A stretch of 64,000 nt of DNA, from sequence record OX016465. One strand, 5' to 3'. Below the pieces are notes generated by a model. It saw only the letters and a program-made list of their open reading frames with translations, made no database searches and was not told where the DNA came from. Positions 27,739 to 47,000 of this stretch are shown piece by piece (positions within the stretch are counted from its first letter, which is position 1; the number at the start of each line of letters is the position of its first letter). This DNA comes from Escherichia phage vB_Eco_Tribble. The translations under genes and the position numbers were made by a program.

Positions 27739-28188
27739 ATGTGTTATACAGGCGACCCAGCCAATAACCCTCTTGATAGAGTAAGAATCCTCTGCACAGA
27801 CACTAATAATGATGAAATTCTTATTGAGCAGTCTGTGCTAGAGTGGTTCTATCTAGAATCTGGAAAGGATGAAAAGAAAGCAGCCATCAAAGCTCTTAAA
27901 TATTTACTCTTTCAAGTAGCCAAGATGGGAGATGAGAAGGTTGGTGGTGTTTATTTACGTAACTCTTCCAGATTCAAGTCTCTGAAAGCTGTTTATGACG
28001 ACCTTGTTAAAAGCTCTGTTTCAGGACTACCCTATGCAGGTGGTATTAATCAGTGTGATATTGACATGCGTCGTCAGAATCCTTGCTCTGTCAAGAAATA
28101 CACAGAATATGGTGATGCTGCCAGATACGAAGGCAGAGATTACTGCAACCGTGTTAATGGCGTATTTATTATCGAGCGAGATGAATAA
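27739..28188 (+). CDS. hypothetical head/head-tail joining protein (149 aa)
   Basis: ORF track; RBS AAGGAGGG. Confidence 0.5.
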   Translation: MCYTGDPANNPLDRVRILCTDTNNDEILIEQSVLEWFYLESGKDEKKAAIKALKYLLFQVAKMGDEKVGGVYLRNSSRFKSLKAVYDDLVKSSVSGLPYAGGINQCDIDMRRQNPCSVKKYTEYGDAARYEGRDYCNRVNGVFIIERDE

Positions 28189-28670
28189 TGGTTAAAAGGG
28201 TTATTCACCCCGCTAGAGCAAAATTAGTCGGGGCTATGAAGAACTTGCAAACGGCTAATGCTCAAGTTGGGTATTTTCAAGAACAAGGTCAACATAGCTC
28301 TGGTTTTTCTTATCCTGCTTTAATGTATTTACAAGAAGTTATTGGGGTTCCTTCAGCTTCTGGTAAAGTATATCGTAGGTTGTTTGAAATCACTATGATG
28401 CTAAACAAACAGACCTTGTTAGAGCAGACTAAGAAGAATCTATATAAGCAACTTAGCAGTCTCAACACAGACCCTTCAAATACCTTAGAAGCATTTGCAA
28501 AGAATGCTCAAAAGGCAATTAAAAGGGGTTTTGGTAATTCTGCTATCCTCCCTCCTAACGCACCTTCCACAGTCAAGAAAAAAGGCTTTAACGCACCTCT
28601 TGTTGAGACAGGTGACTTAAGGGATAACCTTGCTTATAAAATTTCTACTAAGAAGGGTATTAAGAAATGA
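28188..28670 (+). CDS. hypothetical head-tail joining protein (160 aa)
   Basis: ORF track; position. Confidence 0.5.
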   Translation: MVKRVIHPARAKLVGAMKNLQTANAQVGYFQEQGQHSSGFSYPALMYLQEVIGVPSASGKVYRRLFEITMMLNKQTLLEQTKKNLYKQLSSLNTDPSNTLEAFAKNAQKAIKRGFGNSAILPPNAPSTVKKKGFNAPLVETGDLRDNLAYKISTKKGIKK

Positions 28671-29068
28671 GACTCTTAAACAGACACAGCTTTGTAGTAA
28701 AGCGTAAAGTCTCTGAAGATGGTTATTATAATGATGATGGTGATTGGGTAGCTTCACAAGATATTGTAGAGGTTAACTGTAAAGGTAATATCCAGCCATA
28801 TATCAAAGGTTCTGTAAAGAACGGTACACAGATTGCTTTACCGGAAGGTATTAGACTTACCGATACAAGAATCCTGTATACCACATATAAGCTTAGAACT
28901 TCAGATGATGTAGAGTGGAATGAGTCTGATATTGTTATGATTGATGGTCATGAGTATGAAGTATTTATGACTATGGATTGGTCACAGCAATTAGCCCATA
29001 CGTCCCATTATGAATATATCATTATTAGAAGGGATAAAATGAATGCAGTTAGAAACAGCAGAACTTGA
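28667..29068 (+). CDS. hypothetical head-tail joining protein (133 aa)
   Basis: ORF track; position. Confidence 0.5.
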   Translation: MRLLNRHSFVVKRKVSEDGYYNDDGDWVASQDIVEVNCKGNIQPYIKGSVKNGTQIALPEGIRLTDTRILYTTYKLRTSDDVEWNESDIVMIDGHEYEVFMTMDWSQQLAHTSHYEYIIIRRDKMNAVRNSRT

Positions 29069-29642
29069 AAAAGGTCTAGTTAGAACCTTAGTGGATGTTA
29101 TTGGTCACAGATTAGCTCGTGATAAAAATAATAGGCCAAACGTAATTAGGGCTTACCCTTCTGATAACTCAAATGACAAAGGTTTAAAACCTGACCAGCC
29201 ATTTATCACCGTATATTGTCAAGATGCTGCAACACCTTATGGTTGGGTTCTTGATAAGTTTGTTGAGGATGATGTAGTTTGCTACAGAATTGCTTTTCAG
29301 ATTCCTGTATTGATTACGGTAAATGGTAAAGGTGCTCACAGTATTATGCTTGAGCTTAAACAACGATTAGAGATGAGTTCAGTCAGAGATTTAATCCTTG
29401 AAGAAACAGGAGCTACAGTACTAGACACTGGAGCTATCCCGAATGACTATACTTATCTCAATACAGATTTCGAAAATTCTGCGCCTCTTGTTGTAACTCT
29501 TGTAAAAAACTCAGTCCTGAAAGATGAACGCGGAAGTATTATTGAGCGTGTCATTGTTGATGGTGAGTTGGTTTATGAAGAAGGACAAGAGCCACCAGAA
29601 TATACTATCCATCTAGATGTAGACTCCAAAGGGGTAAAATAA
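29043..29642 (+). CDS. hypothetical tail completion protein (199 aa)
   Basis: ORF track; position. Confidence 0.5.
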   Translation: MQLETAELEKGLVRTLVDVIGHRLARDKNNRPNVIRAYPSDNSNDKGLKPDQPFITVYCQDAATPYGWVLDKFVEDDVVCYRIAFQIPVLITVNGKGAHSIMLELKQRLEMSSVRDLILEETGATVLDTGAIPNDYTYLNTDFENSAPLVVTLVKNSVLKDERGSIIERVIVDGELVYEEGQEPPEYTIHLDVDSKGVK

Positions 29643-30995
29643 ATGTGGAATCCAATTGTTAATGTAGATATTACATTGAACACCGCAGGAACTACAAGAG
29701 AAGGTTTTGGTTTGCCACTATTCTTAGCTTCAACAGATAACTTTGAAGAAAGAGTACGTGGTTACACTTCCTTAACTGAAGTTGCTGAAGATTTCGATGA
29801 AAACTCTGCTGCATATAAGGCTGCTAAACAACTTTGGAGTCAGACTCCTAAAGTAACTCAGCTTTATATTGGTAGACGTGCTATGCAGTACACTGTATCA
29901 ATTCCTGATGCCGTTACCGAAAGTACAGACTACTCAATTACTGTAGCTGTTGGCGGTGGAATTTCTCAACCATACCAGTACACAGCACAAGATTCAGACA
30001 CTGCTGAGGTAGTGTTGCAACAGTTTAAAACACAGATTGAAGCTGACCCAACAATCAAAGATAAGGTTTCTGTGAATGTAACTGGTAGCAATGGCTCTGC
30101 CACAATGATTATTACCAAAGCTGGTGATAATGACTTTGTGAAAGTAACAACCACAGCACAGACTGTATATATTGCAAGTACAACTGCCGATACAGCAGCA
30201 ACTGCTCTGGCAGCTATCGAAGCTTATTCTACCGACTGGTATTTCATTGCAGCAGAAGACAGAACTCAACAGTTTGTCTTAGCAATGGCTTCTGAGATTC
30301 AGGCTCGCAAGAAAATCTTCTTTACAGCTAACTCGGATGTAACAGCACTGCAAGGCACAGAACTAGCCAGTGCAAATGATGTTCCAGCACAGCTTGCTAA
30401 GAATATGTACACTCGTACAGTTTGCTTGTGGCATCACGCAGCAGCAGAAGATTACCCAGAGATGGCATACATTGCTTATGGTGCTCCATATGATGCAGGT
30501 TCAATTGCTTGGGGTAATGCTCAGCTAACTGGTGTAGCAGCTTCTCTACAACCATCTAATCAGAGACCTCTGACAAGTATTCAGAAGTCTGCTTTAGATG
30601 TACGTCACTGTAACTTTATTGACCTTGATGGTGGTGTTCCAGTGGTTCGTAGAGGGATTACTTCTGGTGGGGAATGGATTGATATCGTCCGTGGTGTTGA
30701 CTGGTTAGAATCAGACCTGAAAACTTCTCTGAGAGACTTGCTAATTAACCAGAAGGGTGGTAAGATTACTTATGATGATACTGGTATTACCCGTATTCGT
30801 CAAGTCATTGAAACCTCTCTGCAAAGAGCAGTCAACAGAAACTTCCTGTCATCTTACACAGTTAATGTTCCTAAAGCCTCTCAAGTTGCTTTAGCAGACA
30901 AGAAAGCGCGTATCCTAAAAGATGTTACCTTCGCAGGTATCTTAGCAGGGGCTATCTTGGATGTTGACTTGAAAGGTACAGTGGCTTACGAATAA
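29643..30995 (+). CDS. putative tail sheath protein (450 aa)
   Basis: size and position immediately before a ~150 aa tube-like protein, chaperone pair and tape measure (P2-like order). Confidence 0.55.
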   Translation: MWNPIVNVDITLNTAGTTREGFGLPLFLASTDNFEERVRGYTSLTEVAEDFDENSAAYKAAKQLWSQTPKVTQLYIGRRAMQYTVSIPDAVTESTDYSITVAVGGGISQPYQYTAQDSDTAEVVLQQFKTQIEADPTIKDKVSVNVTGSNGSATMIITKAGDNDFVKVTTTAQTVYIASTTADTAATALAAIEAYSTDWYFIAAEDRTQQFVLAMASEIQARKKIFFTANSDVTALQGTELASANDVPAQLAKNMYTRTVCLWHHAAAEDYPEMAYIAYGAPYDAGSIAWGNAQLTGVAASLQPSNQRPLTSIQKSALDVRHCNFIDLDGGVPVVRRGITSGGEWIDIVRGVDWLESDLKTSLRDLLINQKGGKITYDDTGITRIRQVIETSLQRAVNRNFLSSYTVNVPKASQVALADKKARILKDVTFAGILAGAILDVDLKGTVAYE

Positions 30996-31010
30996 TAGAG
31001 GTAAATTGGA

Positions 31011-31457
31011 ATGGCTATGTATCAGCAATATTCCCCTAAAGACGTTGTATGTAGCTGGAACGGCATTGCTATTGAAGGCTTTGCTCCAGACTCATTCTTG
31101 CGTCTACAGAGAACATCACCACTTGTGACACCAGTTGTTGGTGCAGGTGGTCAGGTTGCTCTGACAAGAAATGCAGACAAGACAGGCACTATTGAGATTG
31201 AGTTAATGCAGACTTCTCTCTCTAACCAGATGCTTTCTGCAATTCAAGCTAAACAAGACAATATGGAACTTGAAGAAGATATCTCTTCTAACTTCGTAAT
31301 CTACGACCCATCAGGCTCTGTTCTGGCAACTGGTATTAACGCTTGGTTGCAGGAGTTACCACAGATTGAACTTGGTCGTGACCAGAACTCTAAAACTTGG
31401 ATTTTTGGTTGTGAGAAGTTAGACTACACTTCTACAATTCCAGCGTCAAGTGTTTAA
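31011..31457 (+). CDS. putative tail tube protein (148 aa)
   Basis: size and position after the sheath gene; followed by a terminator. Confidence 0.55.
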   Translation: MAMYQQYSPKDVVCSWNGIAIEGFAPDSFLRLQRTSPLVTPVVGAGGQVALTRNADKTGTIEIELMQTSLSNQMLSAIQAKQDNMELEEDISSNFVIYDPSGSVLATGINAWLQELPQIELGRDQNSKTWIFGCEKLDYTSTIPASSV

Positions 31458-31469
31458 TAAATCCTATAA

Positions 31470-31502
31470 GGGGGAGACTTTAAAAGGTCTTCCCCTTTTT
31501 TG
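31470..31502 (+). terminator. rho-independent terminator after the tube gene
   Basis: GGGGGAGAC-tttaaaag-GTCTTCCCC followed by TTTTTT. Confidence 0.65.
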
Positions 31503-31530
31503 TTTCTTTTAAAAGTATTAAGGAATCACA

Positions 31531-31929
31531 ATGAAAACAGAATCTAGAGTAATTAATGGTAAGAAAGTAAATATCGTTCTGCTTGGGGCAAGAGATGGTA
31601 TTAAGATGTCTATGAAGTTGGGTAAAATTGTTGTTCCAACCTTTGCACAGATGCTATCAAGTCTGACTGACAAGGATAAGAAAGAAGCTCCAATGGTTCC
31701 ATTTAAAGAACTTGTTGAAGCTTGTTTTGACAGAATTGAAGAAATTAACCTTGAAGAGATGGCAACCCTGTTATTTCAAGGGGCAACTGTTGATGACTTC
31801 CCACTTAATATTGATACGTACTTCCAAGCAAACTACGGTGAATTTATTGATTACCTAGCATTTGCGCTGGAGGCAAACTTCGGAAGTTTTTTCGAAGCAA
31901 GCATTTTCAAAAGCCTAACTTCTCAGTAA
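31531..31929 (+). CDS. putative tail assembly chaperone (132 aa)
   Basis: position between tube and tape measure. Confidence 0.45.
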   Translation: MKTESRVINGKKVNIVLLGARDGIKMSMKLGKIVVPTFAQMLSSLTDKDKKEAPMVPFKELVEACFDRIEEINLEEMATLLFQGATVDDFPLNIDTYFQANYGEFIDYLAFALEANFGSFFEASIFKSLTSQ

Positions 31930-31931
31930 AC

Positions 31932-32170
31932 ATGGGTAATACTCTACAGACACCACTGACTGATGCTGCTGTAGAGGCAACCTATGAAGAAGCAGACGAG
32001 ATGAAATTTGTGCTTGCTATTTATGGTATGGAAGGGTGTAAAGAAACACTTGACCAACTCTTTGCTATGACATTCTCTGATTTATTATCATTGAGACAAT
32101 TTCTTGAGATTCAGAGGTCGTATAAAGAGGAAATTGCTTACAACGAACTTAGAAGAGCAGGAAAAATGTA

Positions 32171-32171
<1 letters not shown>
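31932..32171 (+). CDS. putative tail assembly chaperone (79 aa)
   Basis: position directly upstream of the tape measure. Confidence 0.4.
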
Positions 32172-40187
<8,016 letters not shown>

Positions 40188-40189
40188 TA

Positions 40190-41338
40190 ATGGCAGTAGG
40201 TGAAATTCAAATTAGTGCCTTGCCTCAAGCAGCCTTACCAATTGACCTTAGTGATATCTTCCATCTTAAACAGGGTATCGAGGATAAGAGATGTACTCTT
40301 GAGCAATTACTTGCTCCACACTCAAGCCTAAGAAATAACCCACATGGTGTTACTAAGACACAAATTGGTTTAGATAACGTTATTAATGCTCTCCAGTTAG
40401 TTGCTGAAAATAACTTATCAGATATTGTTAATGTAGCTGAGGCAAGAGCGAATCTACAGATTATGTCTTCAGAAGAGGTTAATAATCTTATTCAACAGCA
40501 TATTGATGATAAGAGCAACCCACACAATACTACTAAGGCACAGGTTGGGTTAAGCAATGTTCAGAACTGGGTGACATCTAACCTTTATAATGAGGATGCA
40601 GATAAGTATGCTACAGCAAGAGCAGTAAATAACTTGTACAAGGCTGTTCAGGCTTCTTATCCAGTAGGTACTATCCATCTCTCTATGAATCCTGCAAACC
40701 CTTCTACATATTTAATTTGTGGAGGTACTTGGGAGTTAGTTTCAAAAGGAAGAGCACTTGTAGGTTATGATAGTGCTTCTAGGCCAGTTGGTTCAACGTT
40801 TGGTTCGCAGACTACTGCACTGACAGTTAACAACATTCCTGCACATACTCACTCAGTATACGTCACTGGTGGTGGTCACACACACGGTGCAACGGCCTCT
40901 ATCAGTGCTTTTGACTACGGTACTAAAGGGACTACAACGTTTGACTATGGAACAAAGACTGTATCTACTTATGACTATGGTAACAGAACAACCAGTGCTG
41001 CTGGTTTAACACAAACAACATTCATTAATCGTGGTTATGCTGATGGTGGTTGGAGAGGTTTATCAGTTGAGGGGGCAAGCTATGACCCAAGAGCTACGCT
41101 GACAACAGCTAACAACCACACTCACTCTGTAGCAATTGGTGCGCATAATCACACAGTGGGGATTGGTGCTCACAGCCATTCTGTTGCAATTGGTTCCCAC
41201 AACCACTCAGCAACAGTAACAGTAACCGGAGCAGGTGAGCATTCGCACTCTGGCACAACTGGCACAACTGGTTCTGGTCAAGCGTTTAGCGTTGAACAGC
41301 CATCCTTCGTATTGTATGTATGGCAGAGAACAGCTTAA
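40190..41338 (+). CDS. tail fibre protein with C-terminal collar-type receptor-binding domain and His-box repeats
   Basis: YPVGTIHLSMNP..GGTWE..GR..VGYDS..TALTVNNIPAHTHS followed by repeated GxHxHxV boxes ([23 protein letters not shown]). Confidence 0.75.
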   Translation: MAVGEIQISALPQAALPIDLSDIFHLKQGIEDKRCTLEQLLAPHSSLRNNPHGVTKTQIGLDNVINALQLVAENNLSDIVNVAEARANLQIMSSEEVNNLIQQHIDDKSNPHNTTKAQVGLSNVQNWVTSNLYNEDADKYATARAVNNLYKAVQASYPVGTIHLSMNPANPSTYLICGGTWELVSKGRALVGYDSASRPVGSTFGSQTTALTVNNIPAHTHSVYVTGGGHTHGATASISAFDYGTKGTTTFDYGTKTVSTYDYGNRTTSAAGLTQTTFINRGYADGGWRGLSVEGASYDPRATLTTANNHTHSVAIGAHNHTVGIGAHSHSVAIGSHNHSATVTVTGAGEHSHSGTTGTTGSGQAFSVEQPSFVLYVWQRTA

Positions 41339-41348
41339 TTTCTTTACA

Positions 41349-41368
41349 GGGGCTGTATAGCCCCTTTT
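41349..41368 (+). terminator. rho-independent terminator
   Basis: GGGGCT-gtat-AGCCCC followed by TTTT. Confidence 0.6.
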
Positions 41369-41384
41369 AAGAGGAAAATTTATA

Positions 41385-43718
41385 ATGGCAGATTACAAGT
41401 TGAGTGAATTAAACTCAATTGATACAATTCGTTCAGACGACCTCCTTCATGTCAGGGTTAAAAAGAGACCTGAAATGCTGGGTGATGAAGACCGTCGAAT
41501 GACCTATCAAGACTTCTTAGCGTCTTTTAAACTAGAAAGATTTGTTCAGATTGCTGGTAGCACTATGACGGGTGACTTAGGGATTGTTAAGTTACTTTAT
41601 GGTGGTAAGGCAGTCTTTGACCCTACAGGCTCTTCTGAGATTACTATGGGGGATGTTTTAAAGACTTTTAAAATTAATGCAAATGGTCTTAAACTAACTA
41701 TTGCAGATGCTTCAAGGTCTGCAACTGTTTATCATACTCTTAATAAGCCAAGCCCTAATGAACTTGGGATGAGAACTAATGCTGAGAATGATGCTAGATA
41801 TGCTAGATTAGAAGTACTAAATACTTTTAAGTCTAGGCAGACAATTGTAGCAGATGGTCAAGCACTGTTGTTAAGAAGTGCAACTGATAGCCCTTCTCTC
41901 TATGTTAGAGGTCAAGACCCATCTGGAACTAATAAATGGTATGTTGGATTTAATACTTCAAATGTTCTTGGATTATCAAATGAAGCCTCTGGCACGACAT
42001 TGACATTGGATTCAGCAGGTATTAATTCTAATAAGAATTTAAATATCACTGGTCAGGTTAAACCTTCAGACTGGTCTAACCTAGATGATAGATACTTTAC
42101 CCAAACATTGGCTAATCAAAGATTTGCACAGTTGGCTGGTAATAACACTTTTAACGGCACTAATACATTCAACCAACTGAGTGTTTTCAAAAAAGATGGT
42201 GAAGCAATTAGGCTACAGAATGCCAATGCTGCACAACCATTGTACATTAAAGCAATTGATAGCACAGGTGTCAACAGATGGTACATTGGTAATAGTAACG
42301 AAGGTGATAACGTAGCTCTAGAAAACTACAAAACTAGTGGCAAGATTACTGTAGGGACAAGTGTTAATATCAATAAAACACTAACTGTAACTGGTCAAGT
42401 TCAACCTTCAGATTGGACTAACATTGACTCTAGATATATTCCGGCAGCAACATTAAGCACTCTTGCAAAAATTAATGCTAAGAATACTTTTTCTCAAGGT
42501 CAGATTATTAAGGCTGATGGAGAGGGTATTAGGCTTCAAGGGGTAAATGATACTGGTGGTTTGTTCTTGCAAGGTTATACTTCTGATGGTGCTAAAAAGT
42601 GGTTTATGGGTACTAATGCTTCAGGAAACTTTACTATCAGGGAGATGGTGTTAGGTACTGAACTGTCTCTTAGAGAGAACTATATCCAGTTTAATAAGAA
42701 TGTAACAATCACTGGGCAGGTTCAACCATCAGACTGGACTAACCTAGATAAAAGGTACTATACCGGTTCAGCATCAAACGCCAGATACATGTATGCAGGA
42801 AAAACTGGTGAAGGTGATAATGATGCTGCTATTGCTTGGGATGCTAAGACAGGGCTGTATAATGTCAAGACTGGAGCTACATCATCAAATCTTTTACTTC
42901 AGTTATATCAGGGGTCTGAGTCATCTACACCGTCTGCGCAGCTAAGATTTAAATGGGCGAATGGTGGTATGTGGTATAGGACATCAAGAGATGGTGATGG
43001 CTTTGAGAAAAGTTGGGCTATGGTGTACACAACTGCACAGAAGCCAACCCCTTCAGATATTGGTGCATACACTAAAGCAGAAACTGACCAGAAGATTGCA
43101 CAGGCAGTAAGTGATTCAACAGACCTTAATAAAATCTACCCTGTTGGTATTGTAACGTGGTTTAACAGTAACGTTAACCCTAATACAGCACTGCCTGGTC
43201 TAACTTGGACGTACCTTAACAATGGTGTAGGTAGAACAATCAGGATTGCAGCAGCTAACGGTTCAGATGTTGCTACAACTGGTGGTTCAGATTCTGTAAC
43301 GTTATCTGTTGGTAACTTACCTTCACACACACACAGTTTTTCTGCTACTACTTCGTCTTTTGACTACGGAACAAAAAACACTAACACGACTGGTGCTCAC
43401 ACCCACTCTGTAAGTGGTTCTACTTCATCTGCTGGTAACCACAGCCACTCTATTTCGTGGATTGGTCAGAACTCACAGCACTATTCCGGTGGTGGTGGTG
43501 GTTACATTGGTACAGGGCCGGGTTACACCGATGCTAACGGTGCTCACACCCACTCTGTAAGTGGTACTGCCGCTTCTGCTGGTAACCATGCTCACAGTGT
43601 TGGTATTGGTGCTCACAGTCATACAGTTAGTGGTAACACTGGTGGTACAGGTTCTGGTTCAGCATTTAGTGTTACTAACCAGTTCTATAAGTTAATGGCT
43701 TGGGTGAGGACTGCTTAA
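41385..43718 (+). CDS. long tail fibre protein with internal triplicated repeats and C-terminal collar/His-box domain (777 aa)
   Basis: three ~100 aa repeats each containing ITGQV(K/Q)PSDW(S/T)N(L/I)D.RY; C-terminal [15 protein letters not shown] and repeated AHTHSVSG / [15 protein letters not shown]. Confidence 0.75.
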   Translation: MADYKLSELNSIDTIRSDDLLHVRVKKRPEMLGDEDRRMTYQDFLASFKLERFVQIAGSTMTGDLGIVKLLYGGKAVFDPTGSSEITMGDVLKTFKINANGLKLTIADASRSATVYHTLNKPSPNELGMRTNAENDARYARLEVLNTFKSRQTIVADGQALLLRSATDSPSLYVRGQDPSGTNKWYVGFNTSNVLGLSNEASGTTLTLDSAGINSNKNLNITGQVKPSDWSNLDDRYFTQTLANQRFAQLAGNNTFNGTNTFNQLSVFKKDGEAIRLQNANAAQPLYIKAIDSTGVNRWYIGNSNEGDNVALENYKTSGKITVGTSVNINKTLTVTGQVQPSDWTNIDSRYIPAATLSTLAKINAKNTFSQGQIIKADGEGIRLQGVNDTGGLFLQGYTSDGAKKWFMGTNASGNFTIREMVLGTELSLRENYIQFNKNVTITGQVQPSDWTNLDKRYYTGSASNARYMYAGKTGEGDNDAAIAWDAKTGLYNVKTGATSSNLLLQLYQGSESSTPSAQLRFKWANGGMWYRTSRDGDGFEKSWAMVYTTAQKPTPSDIGAYTKAETDQKIAQAVSDSTDLNKIYPVGIVTWFNSNVNPNTALPGLTWTYLNNGVGRTIRIAAANGSDVATTGGSDSVTLSVGNLPSHTHSFSATTSSFDYGTKNTNTTGAHTHSVSGSTSSAGNHSHSISWIGQNSQHYSGGGGGYIGTGPGYTDANGAHTHSVSGTAASAGNHAHSVGIGAHSHTVSGNTGGTGSGSAFSVTNQFYKLMAWVRTA

Positions 43719-43797
43719 TCCCTTATTGACTGATTGTTAAGATGGTGTTAATATTCTTTATAGGTATTCTCACCATCTTGGCTGATGAGGTGATTAA

Positions 43798-43992
43798 ATG
43801 CCTACAATCCTAGCAATTCTCCTAAAAAATCTAGGTAGTTTCTTCTGGAAACTCATTTTATCTCTTCTAAGTGAATACATGATTGAGAAAGTGTTCTTTA
43901 AGCTTGCAAGATACCTTGCGGGTAAGACAGACACCCCTATTGATGATGAATTCGTAGATAACTTAGAAAAAGCTTTTAAGGGGGAGAAATAA
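43798..43992 (+). CDS. small membrane protein (64 aa), holin candidate
   Basis: ORF track; hydrophobic N-terminal segment ILAILLKNLGSFFWKLILSLL. Confidence 0.4.
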   Translation: MPTILAILLKNLGSFFWKLILSLLSEYMIEKVFFKLARYLAGKTDTPIDDEFVDNLEKAFKGEK

Positions 43993-44364
43993 ATGAAGTG
44001 GATAGAGGAAGCTTTTAAAAATAATATTGGTGCAATTGTTGTTGGTATTTTTAGTGTTATTGGGATGTATACCACGATGCAAGTTTCAAGTGGTAAGCAA
44101 GAGGTGTCTGTCACAACAAAATTACAGCAGCTAGATAATTATAGCAAATCTAATTACTCAGCTATTCGTGATTTACAGTCTGACATAAGACTTATTCAGT
44201 TAGGGATGGAGAACCAGAAAGTTCAGTTAGAGAATGTTAAGGGTGAGAATGCAAAACTTACCAAAACTCTTGATAAATTCTCTGACAGTGTGAATAATCT
44301 GGCTCAATCAGTATCAGCCCTCCAAGCTATTACTGAAAAGAACACAAAGAATACTGAAAAATAA
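43993..44364 (+). CDS. membrane-anchored coiled-coil protein (123 aa)
   Basis: ORF track; N-terminal TM segment IGAIVVGIFSVIGMY then heptad-like region. Confidence 0.45.
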   Translation: MKWIEEAFKNNIGAIVVGIFSVIGMYTTMQVSSGKQEVSVTTKLQQLDNYSKSNYSAIRDLQSDIRLIQLGMENQKVQLENVKGENAKLTKTLDKFSDSVNNLAQSVSALQAITEKNTKNTEK

Positions 44365-44403
44365 AATTTAAGGCTCCTTTTTACGGGAGCCTTTTTTTTT
44401 TTT
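44360..44403. terminator. bidirectional rho-independent terminator between convergent blocks
   Basis: GGCTCC-tttttacg-GGAGCC followed by a 12 nt T-run on the plus strand and flanked by an A-run upstream. Confidence 0.75.
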
Positions 44404-44406
44404 GTT

Positions 44407-45306
44407 TTACTTACCTACTGACAGAGGTGCTTCAATCTTTCCTGCATGTTGGTAGTTGCTAATACCACCAATAAAATCACTTGCGGTAAGGTGTTTTAGG
44501 TCACTTAGCGTGTTAAGCTGCACACCAATCTCAAAAGTAGGCGCATGGAACTCTTTATTGTTCATCAGTTCATAAACCTGCTTCATATGGTTCTGATAAA
44601 TCTGAGTATCCCCAAAGACACCTATCAAGTACCGTGGAGTATATCCAGTCATCTTGCAAAGTACTTCCAGAATAAAACCATAAGATGCAATGTTAAATGG
44701 AAGACCTAAAAAGGTGTCTACAGAACGTTGATACCATTGTAAGTCAACCTCACCTTCGTTAGTGATATAAATCTGAAACAGAACATGACAAGGTGCTAAA
44801 GCCATTGAGTTAGCTGCAATATCTGCTGCATTCCAAGCATTAACAAGCATGTAACGGTCTGTGATATCACCTTTCATCTTCGTTACTAAGGTCTCTAACT
44901 GGTCTACAACACAACCGTTATGACCTTCAAAGTTTCTCCACTGAACCCCGTAGATTCTCCCACCTGCATCTTCTAACCAGTCTTGCTCAGAAGAATAGTT
45001 AGAGCTTAACCAGCGTTTAAAATCATCTGACCAGATAGTCCAACGTTCCCCATCATTTTCACCCCAAGTACGGTAACGGAGTTCACCAAGTTTATTCTCA
45101 CCATTCAGGAACCATAAAGCTTCCCCAATAACTTGCCGTGTAAACACCTGTTTAGATGTTAAGAGTGGGAAACCAGTACGCATATCAAAACGAAATTTTG
45201 GTGGAGCAAATGCAGAGATAACATCTCCAGTTCGTGTAGTACGCAGTTCACCAACGGATAAAACATGGTTCAGGATATTTTTGTAACTCAAATCAGCTTG
45301 TGACAT
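44407..45306 (-). CDS. thyA: thymidylate synthase
   Basis: active-site LAPCH, GLPFNIASY, 299 aa. Confidence 0.9.
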   Translation of the reverse strand: MSQADLSYKNILNHVLSVGELRTTRTGDVISAFAPPKFRFDMRTGFPLLTSKQVFTRQVIGEALWFLNGENKLGELRYRTWGENDGERWTIWSDDFKRWLSSNYSSEQDWLEDAGGRIYGVQWRNFEGHNGCVVDQLETLVTKMKGDITDRYMLVNAWNAADIAANSMALAPCHVLFQIYITNEGEVDLQWYQRSVDTFLGLPFNIASYGFILEVLCKMTGYTPRYLIGVFGDTQIYQNHMKQVYELMNNKEFHAPTFEIGVQLNTLSDLKHLTASDFIGGISNYQHAGKIEAPLSVGK

Positions 45307-45307
45307 A

Positions 45308-45853
45308 TCAAAAGTGTCCTTTTACTTGTGGAACATAGATTTCAAAGGTTGCTTTACCATCATCTGAAGGTCTCGACTGCACCTTTGCAAATACACGGTT
45401 ATCATACAGCTTATCAAAGAAGTTTTCAAAAGGTAAATACACAGTGGTCTCTTCAGTAACTTTATGGAAAACTGTATGGAAAACTACACCAGCATATGGT
45501 AAAGCATCGACAAGAACACCTGCACCACCAATTACAAAGACATCTTCATCAATAGAGCTATCAAGATACTTCAAAAATGCTCCAAAGGACTCTTTGCTGG
45601 CCTTAGCATACATTACATCTTCTTTACCAAAATCTATACCATAATAAGGTACAGAGTTTGTTAAGATAAGGTTTTCACGTTCAGGTAAAGGCTTACTACC
45701 CAGAGTCTTAAAAGTCTCATTGCCCATAACTACTAAGTTGTTTTTAGTAAGTCTCTTAAACTCTTGCATATCTTGCTTATGTCGAGGCCACGGCATACCA
45801 GTTGGAGTACCAAACTCCCCATTTTCACCACTTGCAAAGATTAATTTAATCAT
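45308..45853 (-). CDS. dihydrofolate reductase
   Basis: N-terminal IFASGENGEFG..MPW..DM..F...T....VVMG pattern typical of DHFR; sits upstream of thyA. Confidence 0.8.
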   Translation of the reverse strand: MIKLIFASGENGEFGTPTGMPWPRHKQDMQEFKRLTKNNLVVMGNETFKTLGSKPLPERENLILTNSVPYYGIDFGKEDVMYAKASKESFGAFLKYLDSSIDEDVFVIGGAGVLVDALPYAGVVFHTVFHKVTEETTVYLPFENFFDKLYDNRVFAKVQSRPSDDGKATFEIYVPQVKGHF

Positions 45854-46110
45854 TTTGTAAACCCTTTCTTAATAAACCAGTTGATAACATTCTTCACAGC
45901 TTTATTGCTATGGTAGATTAAGTGTGGTGTAGGTTGGTATAAACCATAAGCCCAGAAAGCAATGATTTCATTACATCCTGTACACCTTGTACTCTCTTCA
46001 GCAATATGACCGTTGACTATTTCACTTACCTCACCTTGTAAGTCTGTACATCCACAATGTGGACATCGGATAGGTGTTCCATCAGACTCATAGCAGTGTT
46101 CAATTTTCAT
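45850..46110 (-). CDS. zinc-ribbon protein (86 aa)
   Basis: CPHCGC...CTGC cysteine pairs. Confidence 0.5.
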   Translation of the reverse strand: MKIEHCYESDGTPIRCPHCGCTDLQGEVSEIVNGHIAEESTRCTGCNEIIAFWAYGLYQPTPHLIYHSNKAVKNVINWFIKKGFTK

Positions 46111-46626
46111 CTATTTAACCTCAAAAACTGGCTCAAGAACCAATATAAAGTCTACACAGTCATCTTCTTCATCCAGAATACCATCAAAATTCTTAGGAAC
46201 GAAGTCGAAGAGGCTCATAACAAAACAGTCAGAAGTGACCCTGATAGTTCCTCCTATGTTCTCTACAGTTAACACTGTACGACTTTCTTTTACCTCCCTC
46301 AGAAGATTACTCACAAAGTCATCTAAGAAGTACTTCATCAGTGACTTGAAACCTTTAGGATAATCTGTACCAGAGTATGTTTCAATCTGTGGTACAAGCT
46401 TAACATTTATACTAGTCTTTGTTAAGAACGTTTTAGAGAACATACTATCAGGTAACTTACAAACAGTCTTTCCAGTACCTTCATGCTCAATCTCAACAAA
46501 ACCAGCTTCATCGCCACATGTAACTATTTTAAAAGATGCTTCATTCTCATACTGTGAAGCCATAAACTTTTTAAGCATCTCTTTAAGGAAATCTGCATGA
46601 GCATCTTGTAAGAAGATATCAATCAT
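46111..46626 (-). CDS. hypothetical protein (171 aa)
   Basis: ORF track. Confidence 0.55.
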   Translation of the reverse strand: MIDIFLQDAHADFLKEMLKKFMASQYENEASFKIVTCGDEAGFVEIEHEGTGKTVCKLPDSMFSKTFLTKTSINVKLVPQIETYSGTDYPKGFKSLMKYFLDDFVSNLLREVKESRTVLTVENIGGTIRVTSDCFVMSLFDFVPKNFDGILDEEDDCVDFILVLEPVFEVK

Positions 46627-46639
46627 AGTTAATCACCTA

Positions 46640-46999
46640 TTATGGGAACAAGCACTTAATGTCATCGTTTTTGAAAACAAAACTTGTGTAGTTATGACCA
46701 TCAACATCCAACCAAACAGCTTGAACATCTACACCATCAAGATTCTGGTAAAGCTCTTTGATGAAGTGGTCTTTTACAATCTGACTGCTAGTTGTTTCCA
46801 ACTTAATGTTCGAGATTGCTGAACCTACAGCCATATAACCCATGACACGTTTCTTCTCAGTATGCTTAATCTTACCATCTTTGTAAGCCATAATGAGATT
46901 GGAAAGAATCTTTACACCATAATACTTTTCAAGGTGAGTAGGTACACCATAAAACCCTAATGCGAAGTTTTCAGAGTGGATTATGTTTTCACGTTTCAT
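46640..46999 (-). CDS. hypothetical protein (119 aa)
   Basis: ORF track. Confidence 0.55.
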   Translation of the reverse strand: MKRENIIHSENFALGFYGVPTHLEKYYGVKILSNLIMAYKDGKIKHTEKKRVMGYMAVGSAISNIKLETTSSQIVKDHFIKELYQNLDGVDVQAVWLDVDGHNYTSFVFKNDDIKCLFP

Positions 47000-47000
47000 A